64,000 nucleotides of DNA from Octopus vulgaris. Its lineage: Eukaryota. The stretch is from the NCBI GenBank assembly GCA_951406725.2, contig OX597822.1:24800001-24864000 (forward strand), written 5' to 3'. Made by a program: the position numbers and the translations under genes. The notes beneath the pieces are model-generated. The model was given only the letters and a program-made list of their open reading frames with translations. It made no database searches and was not told the origin of the DNA. This document shows, piece by piece, positions 40,991-54,873 of this stretch. How positions within the stretch are numbered: the first letter of the stretch is position 1; each line of letters opens with the position of its first letter.

Positions 40991-42262
40991 TATATAATTG
41001 AATAAAGAGGGCTGCCAATTTTATAAAAACAGGTCTAGTGTGTAACTCTGTGTCAAAATTAGGAAATTGTATTCAAAATTCAGTGATTGATTTCTAAATA
41101 GTGAAACTAGATAATTCACAAGAGATAATAAACAAAAGAGAGAAAATAAAAGTCATAATTTTGTCATGGATATTTATCTAACCCTACGTTGCGGTCAGTG
41201 CCAAACCAGCTGTGTCAGGTGTAGATAACAAATACAGACTACATTCTAGATCCTGGTTTCTTTTTTCTTTTTCTATTTGAGCAGAACAGATAAGAACATA
41301 AAACAAAACTTTCAGGATAGTTTTTGTATCTGTTTTAATCAGGATATTTGATTTAGATTTTAGGAACAGGTATAAAAATAAGTTACATTGCATTCGTCTT
41401 AAGAAAATTGATAATACTTAAATATAAACAGGTAAATATCATTTGGTGGAAAATACTAGGAGTAGAAGTATGTGCATAAAAATCATAGGTCTAGCATTAT
41501 ATGAGAAGTTTCTCTGATGAAGGGTGAAAGAAAAATCATTAGCAAGTTGTTCACAAGTGGGATATTTATTTTGTTAATTGATAGAAGAATGAACAAATTA
41601 ATTTAAGAATACATAATGTGAGCAGCCATATATTTCCTCTACAGGAAGAAACTGGTTTCAATCTTTTCCTTCATACACTAACCTTTCATCACCTAGAATA
41701 AAGCTGCTTTTCTATTTGCTGTAGTCCCACTTAGTCAATAGGGATCTTAGTCAAGTGAGTTACTTGGCAAACTCATTAGTGCAGGTGCCACACACACACA
41801 AAAAAAAAAAAAGAATGCATCCTGCATACACTGTTGGCATTAAGAATGATATCTAACCATAGAAACCATACCAAAGCAGACACTGGAGCATAATACCCTC
41901 CTCCGACCCATCTGATCTTATCAGACTGTTGGACCCATACCAGCATGGGACATAAATATTAAAAGGTGATGATAATGATGATGATGATAACTGGAACCAT
42001 GATTATTAGGGTTATATGAATTAAGTCACAGAGTGAAGTCTCAAAATGACTATGGTTTGACATTTCAAAAATTACAACTCCACCATATTGATATATAAAC
42101 ACACACACATGCGCACATGCACACACACACACACACACTATTGTGCAGGTATGGCTAAGTGATTAACACATTCACTCTCAATGTACAAACGTCTTCGATT
42201 ATAGCCTTAGGATGACCAATACTTTGTGAGTAGAATTTGGTTGACAGAAATAGTCCAGAAGA

Positions 42263-42500
42263 TAAGGCAATGACCTGACAGAAATGGTAGCACGCTGGGC
42301 GAAATGCTTCGTGGTATTTCCTCTGCCATTACGTTCTGAGTTCAAATTCCGTCGAGGTCGACTTTGCCTTTCATCGTTTTGGGGTCGATAAATTAAGTAC
42401 CAGTTACGCACTGGGTTCGATGTAATCAACTTAATCCCTTTGTCTGTCCTTGTTTGTCCCCTCTATGTTTAGCCCCTTGTGGGCAATAAAGAAATAAGAA
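42263..42500 (+). mobile_element. SINE family B, subfamily with gtccttgtttgtcccc tail
   Basis: aaggcaatgacctgacagaa...gttctgagttcaaattcc...aagtaccagttacgcactggg...aataaagaaataagaa; inserted within a family A remnant, with a flanking direct repeat agaaatagtccagaag. Confidence 0.88.
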
Positions 42501-44149
42501 ATAGTCCAGAAGTTGTCACATGTATGTGTGTGTACGTGTGTATACATGTCTGTGTATATGTTGTCCCCTTTTATGTCTTAAAACCTAGAAAGTCAACAAA
42601 CAGAAGTAGATAAAATAAGTGCCAGACTGGAATAAATACTAAGGTTTATATGATCAAGTAAAACCCTTCAAGTCAGATCCTCAACATGACTTCAAAGACT
42701 GAACCAGTAAAAGAATAAACACACACACACACACACACTATACTGAATATCCACTTATCTGAAATGTAGTCTAACATACAAGAAGTCTGTAATGAGTTTT
42801 CATCACATTTTGAACTGTCACAAAAGATCCAACAATTACCAACTGCTGTGCTTTCATTTTTCTCCTTCGCTCTCTCTCCTCTATTTCTTTTTATATTAAT
42901 ATCACCTCTATAGTCTTCTCGTACTACTTATATTATTTCCTCATATACATTTCTGCTTTCTTTAGATAATTTCATCAGCAGACACTCTAAAGTAATTTCT
43001 ATTGAACATTCGTTAAACAAGGACATCATGCATACTAAACACTTGTGCTAAACCGTTGTGCATCATCTGCAACATGAGCAATGAACAACATTGTTGTTAT
43101 TGTCATCATATTACAAAAGTCTTCAGGAAATCTATATTTCGTTTTGTATTGTGGGAATTGGAAAGTTCAATACCCCACAGTGAACAGTGGTTTCATCGAA
43201 GGCAATGGGACTTCTTAATCACTACATTAAAAACAGAAGTACTATGTAAACTTATGCACTGCTCTTTCCTTTCTTAATTCTCCTTATGTTGCTAATGGAC
43301 TTAGGAAATATATAACTGTTGAATTTTCCACATTTGCAAACAAACAAATTTAAAGGGTTTTACGCCTGTTTAAAAACACTGCTTTTGTATTTATGCATCT
43401 CTGTTCTTAGGAAATGTATGAATGTTAAACCTTTTTCATTTGCTGCCAACATAAATATAAAGTGTGATGCACATTTTTTTTTTAAAACTTGGGAAAAGTA
43501 TGAATATCAAACCTTCCTCATTTGCTTAAAAACACAGACATAAGGTCATATGCTTGTTTAAAAAAACCCAGCTTTGTATTTATGTATCTTTGTTCACAGG
43601 AATATTCCTTCAATAAACTGGCATCCATAATTTTTTTCCTCTCTTTCAATAATTACTTTATAGTCAGAACATTATCGTTTTCAGCAGATAAATTGAGGAT
43701 GCAGAAAGTAATTTTTTTAACAGCCCTCAAAAGTTCACAAGACTCATTAATTCACTATGTTTTAGGATTTCCCACAGTATTTCAAAAGATAACACAGAAA
43801 CAGTTTTTTTTCTCTCTTTCTGCTTTCTTTTGCATGACCACTGAGAAAAATTAACTCTGTTTTAATTCCACAGCCTACATTAATCATGAGAAAACCAGTC
43901 AGCATTTATCAACAAGATGCTCACTGAAACAAAAAATATTTCGTGAAATATCTTATGTGATGAATAAATATGCAATATTCTGATTGTTAAGGGGGAAAAA
44001 TAATCCAAATCAAAAAGAAAATATTTCAGAAGGTCGCATTCTAATTAACAGCTGGTCTTAATTTTCCTGATATATTTAATAGTAGAAAAGAAAAAAGAAA
44101 AAAAATATTTCAATGAAAGTATAAATAAAGATAGCATTCTCAAATAATG

Positions 44150-44365
44150 CTTTCTCCTATGGGCACAAGGCCTGAAATTTTAGTGGGAGGAGGTCTAGTC
44201 AATTACATTGATCCCAGTGTGCAACTGGTACTTATTTTATTGACCCTGAAAGGATGAAAGGCAAAACCAACCTTGGTAGAATTTGAGCTTAGAATGTAAA
44301 GACAGATGAAATACTGCTAAGGATTTTGTCTGGCATACTAATGGTTCTGCCAGCACCCTGCCTTA
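44150..44365 (-). mobile_element. SINE family B copy
   Basis: ggcacaaggcctgaaattt...ctggtacttattttattgaccctgaaaggatgaaaggcaaa. Similar single copies at 6985-7195, 25512-25660 and 51660-51850. Confidence 0.85.
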
Positions 44366-45249
44366 CAGTATTATCAAATAATAAAAACTGACATGTAAAA
44401 GAACAGAATGGAAGCTAATGTAGAGGGGAAGGTTTCCTCCAAAATTCTAGTTTGGATCTTAGAATGTAGAGTTCAACGGCCAGTTTAGCCTGATTATTAA
44501 ATCAGGCCAAACTAAGGACCAGATAAAACTTTATGAACCCAACTCAACCTATGTGACTCATTGTGTCGGAAAAAAGGATAAACGTTTAAAATCAAACTCT
44601 ATAATGCTTTTTACACTCCAGTATAATCTAATTCTGAAGATGTAAAACACTGGATTATTTGCTTCAAATAAGACCACGAAGCAATGAACCATATCAGATC
44701 CTTAGAAAATTCCATGCTTCCCAAAATTTGCTGACACTAGACTCCTGACATGCTTACACATGCTTTCCACTTTAGTTATAGTTCACCTTCTTGTAAGAGA
44801 CACGTGTCCAAGGTGCCACGCAATGACACTAAACCTGAAACCATATGGTTAAGAAGTAAACTTCTGAACTACATAGTCAAAGTAAAGAAAGTAAAAAAAT
44901 AAAAAAAAATTTTTAATCTAAAAAAAATGATGTAAGTATATGAGTTTCACACATTCAAACTGGATTTTCCAACTGTTTTAGGTCATTGAACAAATTTTAT
45001 TGTATATGTCAAAGTTTGATCACTGAAGTGTATATATGTAAGGTTGTAGAATTAGATAATCGTGCATTTGGGTCTAAATTATAACTATGCATATCATTTA
45101 TATCAGTAATGCATTTCAGAAAGGAATGGAAATTAAAGCGTGGAGTAAGGGAGGGATCGAAAGAAATGTTTTGAATGCAGTGGGAACATAGATCATCAAA
45201 AAGAATGACAACAGTGTCATTTAAGAAATCTCAAATAACTAATTATATT

Positions 45250-45593
45250 TTACTTGTTTTAGTCATTGAACTGCAGCCGTGCTGGAGCACTGCCTTGAAG
45301 AGTTTGGTCAAACAAATGGTATTTATTCTAATGATCTCTTTTGCTGAACAGCCAAGAGATGGGGATATATCAAACCAACAAGAGTTGTCAGGGGGAAGGC
45401 ACACAGACACACAGATATACATATATATGATGGGATTCCACACTGTTTCCATCTACGAAATTCATTCACAAGGAGTTGGTTGGCCTGGGGGCTATAGTAG
45501 AAGACACTAGCCCCAAGTGCTGTGTAGTGGAATTGAACCTGAAACTGTGAAGTTCCAAAGCTAGCTTCTTTACTACACAGCCATGCTTGTGCC
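45250..45593 (-). mobile_element. SINE family A, diverged copy
   Basis: Shares tttacttgttt-agtcattgaactgcagcc-tgctggagcactgcctt and gctatagtagaagacact with the other copies. Confidence 0.8.
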
Positions 45594-45798
45594 TATATTA
45601 GACCTCATTTTAGGATTTATTTGTTTATTTATCTATTTATTTACTTATATGCCATCCTGAGATTTATTTAGTGAATAGAGCTCAAGAACTTGAACCCAAT
45701 TTCATTACAGGTATTTTAATCCTGTCAACCTTGGGATGAAATGGAATGGAAAAGAAAAGTAAACTTCAACAAGATTACAACTCAAAGACAATGAAGCA

Positions 45799-45835
<37 letters not shown>

Positions 45836-46941
45836 CAGACACATATATTGTAAAGCTTCTATAAGGATAGCCTACTTCTGTAACCAATTCTTTTGACCTA
45901 CATGAAACAAATAAAACATCATCATCCGCAATTAAGTCTATGGTATAAGTAGTTGCTGAAAAAGAAATAAGTAAATTAAAACTGGCCATCAGAGTGGTGT
46001 ATGTACTCTATGGTTCTTATAAAAGAAAAAGAAAATAAAAAAAACACAACAACCAACAACAAAAATTGTTGCTCACAAGTCAGTCACCTATTTCGTAGTA
46101 GTAGTCTGCAAATTGGGTAGAATGTAAGAGGTATATAAAAAAAAAGAAAACCCGAAAACAAAATAGGTTACAGTGAAACAAATGGTTGTTACATTATAAA
46201 ACTCCCACCTACTAAGACAACCTTCCATCCCAAATAAACATTTGACAAGGACTACAAAAAATATATATAAGTAGTCTGTATAAAAAGGACATTTTTAGTT
46301 TCTGTAACTTAGTTTAATAACCAGTATCAATGATGCTATGGAATGGCTATTATCACTTTTATCATACTCGACTCTGTAGCAAAAAGATAAGGAACTCTGA
46401 AAGTTTCATGAAGAATAAGGGGGAAAAATATATATATAAAAAAAAAACAGTTAATAAATAAATCAAAGCATGTATAAAAATAGACTAAAAAAAGGGTAAC
46501 ACTCTTTCTAGGTCCTTTACTTTCCTCTCCTCCAACCCGCTCCATTCATTTTTACTAATTTGGTGAGCTAACCTGCGTCTTGCAGGCCAAACTGATAAAC
46601 TATCTAGCAAAATATCTCGTAATGTATAAATAAGTATAATCTCTTACATTGATGTGAAGCTTCAGATTTAAGGTCGGTATGTCAACAAATGCAGCTTTGG
46701 GTGCTTTCATATATATCAAAGCAAAGCCATTTTAGTAAAATTAATAAGGATAATTTATGTTTTTTTTTTAAGCATCTAACAGAGTTTCTCATTCTCCTCC
46801 ACAAATTACTTTTTTTATATTTTTATCTTTTAGTCAAAGAGAGAAAGCAATGCCTATGGCCCATTACAAGGCTACCAAAACTGATGAGGAGGACGATAAC
46901 CTCAAACCAGAAACCCAGCCAAAATGTTTGCAACAAATTAA

Positions 46942-47220
46942 CCTTTAGCATTTAAACCAGATATTTCTGGCCCAAATATTCTACATGTTTTATGTTCAAG
47001 CTGGCCAGATCTGGCCTCTCACACCTACCCTACAATGTTAATCTAAAAAATATACAGCGTAGGCGTGGTTGTGTGGTAAGTAGCTTGCTTACGAACCACA
47101 TGGTTCTGGGTTCAGTCCCACTGCGTGGCACCTTGGGCAAGTGTCTTCTACTATAGCCTTGGGCTGACCAAAGCCTTGTGAGTAGATTTTGTAGATGGAA
47201 ACTGAAAGAAGCCTATCGTA

Positions 47221-47281
<61 letters not shown>

Positions 47282-47609
47282 ATGTGTGTATATATGTTTG
47301 TGTGTCTGTGTTTGTCCCCCAGCATCACTTGACAACCGATGCTAGTGTGTTTATGTCCCCGTAACTTAGCGGTTCGGCAAAAGAGACCGATAGAATAAGT
47401 ACTAGGCTTACAAAGAATAAGTCCTAGGGTTGATTTGCTTGACCAAAGGTGGTGCTCCAGCACGGCCACAGTCACATGACTGAAACTAGTAAAAGAGTAA
47501 AAGAGCCATATCACTGAAATCTCAAAGCTACAAGTTAATGCCCAATTAAGTCAAAACACTGTGAATAAGTAAGCATTAGATTTGACAGAATAATCTGAAT
47601 GCTAATGGG
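46942..47609. mobile_element. piggyBac-type MITE split by a nested SINE
   Basis: TTAA-CCTTTAGCATT at the left and AATGCTAATGGG at the right form imperfect TIRs; a family A SINE occupies 47057-47505. Confidence 0.6.
47057..47505 (+). mobile_element. tRNA-derived SINE family A, full-length copy
   Basis: A-box-like GTGGTTGTGTGGT and B-box-like GGTTCAGTCCC head, central (TA)n(TG)n tract, AAAAGAGT-type tail; close reverse complement of 31920-32324. Confidence 0.9.
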
Positions 47610-48239
47610 ACAAGTCTACCCACCCAGGTGACCCATGATCAGGTTTGAACTCAGATCACAAAGAGCTACAATAAACACCACAAAGTATTCTGTCTGATGT
47701 TCTTACAGCACCACTAATCCACTACCTTGGATTGGTATTTTTTTAATGGGTCCATAAAGGGTATTTAATCATTATAATCAATCAGAATGCTTATTTTATC
47801 AATCCTGAAATGATGAAAGCTAAAGCTATCCCTGTCTTCCATTTAATTTGAACAATCCAAAGAATTAAAGTACCAAACGATTTACAATAAAGAGTAATGG
47901 TTTAGCTAATTCCCATCAATCTTTATTCAGGTCACTGCCACAGAGAATAAGTAATTAATGCACTCTGTAGAAATAATAGAATTTATAAGAAGCCATCTGA
48001 CTAAAGACCAGCAAGGTAACAAGAATATTTAACAGAATTACAAGTTCTTTCATATAAGCACAAGCCCTCAGATTTACAGGAGAAAAAGATCTATGGAAAT
48101 TTCAGTAAGCATGTCATTTTAAATGATACAAGAGGAAGAAGAATAGCAAAATGAATCAGAGAATCAAAAGAAACAACTTTGGAATGAAAAGAATTAAATA
48201 CTAAATGATTAAAAATAGTATACGATGTTAAGATAATGA

Positions 48240-48420
48240 GACACAAGCACACACATATAAATATGATGAGCTTTTTCCAGTTTTCTTCTACCAAATCCAC
48301 TTACAAAACTTAGGTCAGCCTAGGGTTATAGCAAAAGACACTTGCTCAAGGTGCCATGCAGTAGGACCAAACCTGAAACTATGTGGTTGGGGAGCTAACT
48401 TTTTAACCATTCAGCCATGG
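48240..48420 (-). mobile_element. SINE family A 5' fragment
   Basis: ctaccaaatccacttacaaa...gacacttgctcaaggtgccatgcagt matches the family A head. Smaller fragments at 44790-44880, 42145-42250 and 60600-60730. Confidence 0.7.
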
Positions 48421-49357
48421 TGTAGATTGATTTAAAATGAACAACAGCAAGACGCTGGGGTTCATTGATTCAATTTTAATACATAAAAGAGAATGCATGT
48501 ATATGTTCCAAGTTATAGGTCACAGTTTAGCACCTTGGTAGCTAAACTTTTGCATAAAAGTACATCTCTACAAAGTCATGAGACTATGAGATGTTTTCTG
48601 AAATTTGCTCCAATTTTAGCTTCAGACAGACAGAAAAAAAAACAAAAAAAACTAAGAATGCTGTATACCCCAAGCATTGCAGTGGATAAGTGAGTGGAAA
48701 AGAATAAATCATTTAGAATAATTACTTAAATTAATGCAGTATTTTTACAAAAAAAAAAAAAAAGCATGTTTTTCCAGGCCTAGATCTGTTTTGAGCCCTT
48801 AGACTCACAAGGTCAAAATTTAACTTGTTTTTATGGCATATAAGTGACTGAGATTACAACACTCTCCCACCCCCCACTTCCTGAATGGGATATTGGTTCA
48901 TTGTAGGTTTGGATTTCCAGCTATTGCTGGAACTCATTTGGAGCTACATGGACTGGAGTTTCATGAAATAAAATGTTTTGCTCAAGAACACAACACACTG
49001 CCTGACCAAGGATAGTAGATTGGCTGAATTATTAGTGTGTCAGATGAAATGCTTTACAGTATTTCTTTCAACTTTTTATAGTACTGGGTTCCTATCCTGC
49101 TGGGGTCAATTTTGGCTTTCATCCATCCAGGGTCAATAAAAAAAATGTACCCCTTGTCCTCCTGAAGTTGCTGACCTTGGAAATCAGAAACGTCTTGGCG
49201 TTCTGAATTCAAATTCCACAGAGGTTGACTTTACCTTTCATCATTTCAGGGTTGAGAAAATAAATACCAGTCATATACTGGGATTGATGTAATTGACTCC
49301 TCTTTCCCTCAAAAACTGCTAGCCCTGGGCCAAAATTTGAAATCATTATTATTACTA

Positions 49358-50173
49358 AAGGTGTTGAGCAGGCAAAATTGTTAGCATGTCGGACAAGATA
49401 CTGAGCAGCATTTCTTCCAGTTTCACATTCTGAGTTCAAGTTCTCACATCCCCCAAAATTTCAGGTTTTGTATCTATATTAGAAAGGATTATTATTATTA
49501 TTATTATTATCATCAAGGTGACGGAGTTTAGCACACTGGGCGAAATGCTTAGTAGCATTTCAGCTGCCTTCATGTTCTTTGTTCAAATTCTGCTGAGGTC
49601 AACTTTGCTTTTCATCCTTTCAGGGATGATAAAACAGGCACCAGTCAAGCACTGGGGTTGATGTAATCAACTAACATCTTCCCTTGAAACTGCTTGCTTT
49701 GAGCTAAAATTTGAAATCATCATTATTATTATTATTATGGAGGTGGCTAGCTGGCATAATTTTTAGCACACCGGGTGAAATGCTTAACAATATTTTGCCT
49801 GTCATCATGTTCTGAGTTAAAATGCCGCCAGAATCAACTTTGCCTTTCATCCTTTCGGGGTCGATAAATTAAGTACCAGTTATGCACTGGAGTCGATATA
49901 ATCAACTGGTCCCCTCCCCAAAAATGTGCCTATAGTAGAAAGGTAAAGGTGGAGAGCTGGCAGAACCATTAGTACACTGGGCGAAATGCTTAGTGGAATT
50001 TTGTCTGTCGCTATGTTCTGAGTTCAAATTCCACTGAGGTCAACTTTGCCTTTCATCCTTTGGGGACTGATAAATCAAGTACCAGTCAAGTACTGGGGTC
50101 AATGTGATCGAGTGTCCCCCTCCCCACAAAAATCCAGGCCTTGTGCCTATAGTAGAAAGGATTATTATTATTA
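49358..50173 (+). mobile_element. Head-to-tail array of four SINE family B copies
   Basis: Units start near 49358, 49515, 49740 and 49946 with a(a)ggtg...gaaatgctta...gttcaaatt (B-box-like) and mostly end in (ATT)n; an inverted partial copy lies at 49200-49347. Confidence 0.9.
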
Positions 50174-51991
50174 TAAAATCTAATCTTTATGCCTAGGTAA
50201 ATTTTAAAACATTTTTTGATATTGGTGGTATGAGGAAAAGGTTTTATTAGTCTATGTATAGTTTACTTAACAGTTGTACAATAACAGTAAAAATAAAAAC
50301 AAAAACCAACAAAATCTGAAAATCAAAAACGAAAGGAGTCAGAAATCCCCGCTCTTTTAGAAGAAGTAACGACTTTTGCAGACATGAAGTGCAGATTTAT
50401 CACGAACTATTTTAATCTATGACATAACATACTGAAAGAAAGAAGAAATTATTTCGCCAGAATAAGGAATACTAACTAATTCTAATACTATTGCTGTTTC
50501 TAACAGACTCTGTTGATGCTTATCGACTTTAGCCACAATGGATGTATTATGGGGGAAGCGTGGCTGTGGAATAACGGTCTTATATAGTGTGTGGGTGTAT
50601 GCGTGTATATCACTGATTAAAGAGGGCGTCAGCTATGGTATTTACCAGGGGGCCAGTTACTATTTTTAAAAAAAACCCCAAAAAAAAAAAAACAGGAAAC
50701 ATTGTGTGTGTGTAAACAAAAACAAAAGCAAGTCAGTTGTCAAATATGCATATCAATGAAAACTGTCTTCTATATTCAGAGATTTTTTGTAATAGTTTTT
50801 TGCTTTGCTTTTCTAATTTTTTTAAACACAATATCAGCAGCATGTCTGATTTGTCTACCCACACCAGTACATATATATATATGTATGTATGCTTTTTTTA
50901 TCCCAGGTTAGGTGCGTGGGCATGTATACTGTTATTTTTATTCATTATGCATGTATACAATTTAAAAAGACCAATGATAATTAAATTATCGTCTTGCCAT
51001 GAGCTACTGTTTCTCAACCCCACCAGGAGTTCACAAAATAAATACCGGTATCATACTAGAGTTGATTCAGTGTACTCTATCTATATCTGTACTCCTATTA
51101 CACATACAACTTGTGGTTTAGAGCAATGTAGGAACCTCTACACCATCATTCAATCTGCAAGAGATAGTAGCCTAATCTCCCTCAGCTTGTTATGATTCTC
51201 AATCATGTTTACTTTGTAGTGCACTGAAGATCAAATGTGATAATTATCAGTGTGCATGGCATGCAAATTTGAAAACACACACAAAAAAATTCAAAAATTA
51301 AGAAAAATTATTAGATGACATTGTTGTTTACTTCGATATTATATTTGTGTTAAAATACACCACCTTTGTTTCAATTCATTTTGAATATAACAAAGAATAT
51401 AACAAAATAGCTGCCATTGATGGTGTTTGGAACATAAATAAAGGTGAAATTTTAATGGAAAGTTTTAATTTAGACCACTTTAAACAAAGAGGTTTGTATC
51501 ATAAAACCAAAGAAATTCTCAAGATGCCCAAACATTAGTATGAATTTACTAAAGCCTTAAATTTTATTTTCTAAAAAAATCTGTGGTGCACTCAGATACC
51601 TCTTGCATCCAACACTACAGTTTAAGAGCTACTGATATCTACTGCAGTTTAAACCCCGCCAAAATAAATTTTTAGGGAAGAGAGTAAGTTGATTACATTG
51701 ATCTCAGTGATCAACTGGGTGCTTATTTTGTTGACCCCGAAAAGATAAAAGGCAAAGTTAAGCTTGGTGGGATTTGAACTCAGAACCTAAAGAGTTGGAA
51801 GAAATGCTGCTAAACAGTATGTCTGATATACTAATGATTCTGTCAGTATGCCAATGATTTCTGATTTTGCTAGCATTTTTTATAAAGGTGGGTGATGATA
51901 ATTGGCAGTGAACAGATATATAATCAATTAAATTAACTCAAGTATCGAACCAGGAATAAAGTTGAACCTGGCATGATTTGAATTCAATAAT

Positions 51992-52355
51992 AAACAAGAG
52001 CACTCAGTGAGTGCAAACCTCCACCAAGGTAACACCAACATCCTCTCAACGATTAGCCAGAGATGATTTTTAAAATGAGAATATCTGAAATAAATTCGAC
52101 TGCTCTCACAAACAAGAATACTAAAAATGAACCTGACTGCTCTCAAAAATTAAGAAAAATAATCAAGAATCCTTGTCCGGTATCGGATCGATCCCAAAAT
52201 CTAATCACTTTGTGCCAGTCGCTTGGCCAAACATCCCTGAAAGTTTCATTCGAATCCATCCAGTGGTTCTCAAGATATCTTGTCCACAGACTAACTAGCA
52301 AATAAACAAATGTGACTGATAACAATACCTCCGCCTTCATTAAGGTGGAGGTAAT
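51992..52355 (+). mobile_element. Helentron-associated (HINE/DINE-1-like) non-autonomous element
   Basis: Starts aaacaagagcactcagtgagtgcaaacctccaccaagg (small hairpin plus subterminal repeat), has an aaagtttcattcgaatcc core and short acag/acaa repeats, and ends in a 12-bp hairpin tacctccgcctt-catt-aaggtggaggta. Class assignment is from remembered architecture. Confidence 0.6.
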
Positions 52356-52361
52356 AATGTA

Positions 52362-52800
52362 AGGTTGCAAGCTGGCAGAATAGTTAGCATGCCGAGCAAA
52401 ATGCTGAATGGCATTTTGTTCACTGTTATGTTCTGAGTTCAAATTCCACTGAGGACAACTTTGCCATTCAACCCTTTGTGGATCAATAAAATAAGTACCT
52501 GTTGAACACTGAGGTTAATGTAATCAACTTACCCTCTGCCCCAAAACTGCTGGCCTTGTGCCAAAACTTGAAACCGATATTTCTTATATTTGCCACAAGG
52601 GTGATAGATAAATGGGACATTACAGGGACAATAATTCATCAATGATAATGAATTATGCCACTAAGCATTTCATTAACAACCCAAACAAAATGCTGAGTGG
52701 CATTTCGTCCATCTTTACATTCTGAGTTCAAATTCCACTGAGCTCAACTTTGCTTTTCATCCTTTTTGGGGTTGATAAAATAAGTATCAGTTGAACATTT
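52362..52800 (+). mobile_element. Two SINE family B copies
   Basis: Units near 52362-52575 and 52685-52800 with ttctgagttcaaattccactgag and ataaaataagta. Confidence 0.8.
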
Positions 52801-53722
52801 GGGTGGATGTAATAGACATCCACTCTACATATGGCCACTAGACTTCCAAGAAATAGCAGCCAAATTCTCTCAAATTGCACCATACCTTCCTAATAAAAGA
52901 GAGGTACCCAAGACAGCCCTGTATAAATATAAATACACACACACACACACACAAACTTATGGGATAGCCAAGCCTGGGACGCCTTTGATTATAGACCTGT
53001 TCGATCAGAAGTGACTTGAGATGCAAATGAGGGTGGGGACTAAACAACAACAACAACCGCAACAGTGTGGGTGTTATATAGAAATAAGAAATTGTGACAT
53101 TTATGACAGATAAATAGGATTTTAAATTTTGGCTCAAGGCCACACAACTTTGGAGGAAAAGGTATGCAGAGTCGATCTGATTCTCGTACTTAACTGGTTC
53201 TTGTTTCCACCGCCACCGACAACGACAACGACAACGACAACAACAACAACAACCAGCCAGAAAGATAAAAGCAGAATTGAACACTGCGTAAATATTCTGT
53301 CATTCTATTTTATAAAACACGTGTGACCAAATCTAAAACAGTTCATGTACAAAAATAACACCAATTTCTTTTATTTGCCACTAGGTCGACAGATGGGAGA
53401 CAAATAATACTACTACTACTACTACTAATAATAATAATGAAAAGTGAATATCAATATCGAAAACTGAATGATTATATTGCGTTCGCACGGGATGTTTTCG
53501 GAAGAATCAACTTCGTGAATCACACACTTAAATCACATCTGCCATTTAACGACATTCTGATCGTGATAAGTTATAATTATTTAAACAGAAGTATCATTCT
53601 AGCTTTAAAAGTTTCCAACTAACCCCTAAGACAAGACTCTAAAAAGGAAGCAATGAAGATGAAATAAGAACCTGCGCTATCCTAGGTGAGCAAAATAAAT
53701 CGAACAAGGCAGCGACCGTACA

Positions 53723-53917
53723 GGTATTTTCCGGCATACAAGTCGAATTTTTCTGAACAAGATTTACAGCCAAATGGCAGGTCGACTTATACACAAAGAC
53801 GACTTTGGAGGATAAAAATTTCATGAAATGCAGCAGCATTTGCAAGGATAGTGAGGATGTCTAAATGTTTATACTATGTTTACACTATATACATCGACTT
53901 GTATGCCAGATAATATG
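53723..53917. mobile_element. Tc1/mariner-superfamily (Tc2/pogo-like) MITE
   Basis: Inverted repeats tattttccggcatacaagtcga / tcgacttgtatgccagataata, with an internal repeat gtcgacttatac. Confidence 0.6.
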
Positions 53918-54019
53918 ATTGTAAGTGACAGTGACTTCGAAGTTTAACTAAGGAAGGCTTATCAAACTATAAATGTCTATAGGTAAAGTGTTAGGCTTTT
54001 ATATATAACCACACACATG

Positions 54020-54192
54020 TGGCAAGCTGGCAGAATCGTTAGCACATCAGGCAAAATGCTTAGCGGCATTTCGTCCGTCTTCACGTTCCGAGTTCAAATT
54101 CTGCCGAGGTCGACTTTGCCTTTCGTCCTTTCGAGATCGATAAAATAAGTACCTTCCCTAAAATTGCTGGCTCTGTGCCAAAAATTGAAACC
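54020..54192 (+). mobile_element. SINE family B copy retaining CpGs
   Basis: gcaagctggcagaatcgttagc...gttccgagttcaaattctgccgaggtcgactttgcctttc; a further degenerate copy at 54640-54800. Confidence 0.85.
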
Positions 54193-54407
54193 AATATATA
54201 ACTAAACATACATGCATATTCTCATTATTATTTATAACCGTGAAGCTACGATAATGAGTCGGGTATGTTTAGTTTTAGAACAACTTAAACCATTAACTGC
54301 AAAGGTGCAAAACTGGAGGCCGTTGATTGAATCTCTGATGTAGCATCATAACTATAATTAGAATATTTACACTACGTATTGAGTTCTAATTCCCCAATAT
54401 GTACAAC

Positions 54408-54442
<35 letters not shown>

Positions 54443-54802
54443 TTTGACTCGGTGTTTTTTAACAGCCTCTTTAATTTAATGCATGCCGATGTAGTGAAAA
54501 GGTAACACAAATACACCTAATACGTCAAAATCCTGTTTTTGTAATTTTTTCTCCCATAATATCCCCCTCGTCCGTTGTCCTTGCGGCGAATAAAAGCAAT
54601 AAATATAATTTTCTTCCATACAAACACATACATACATCGGCATTTATTCTGGCTCTTTACGTACTGAATTCAAAAGCTGCCGAGGCTGACTTAGCCTTTT
54701 ATCTTTTCGAGATCGATAAAATAAGTACCAGTTAATAAACACTAGTCAATATAATCGACTGCTACACCCTCTACCTAAATTTCAGGCCTGGTGCCTATAG
54801 CA

Positions 54803-54873
<71 letters not shown>

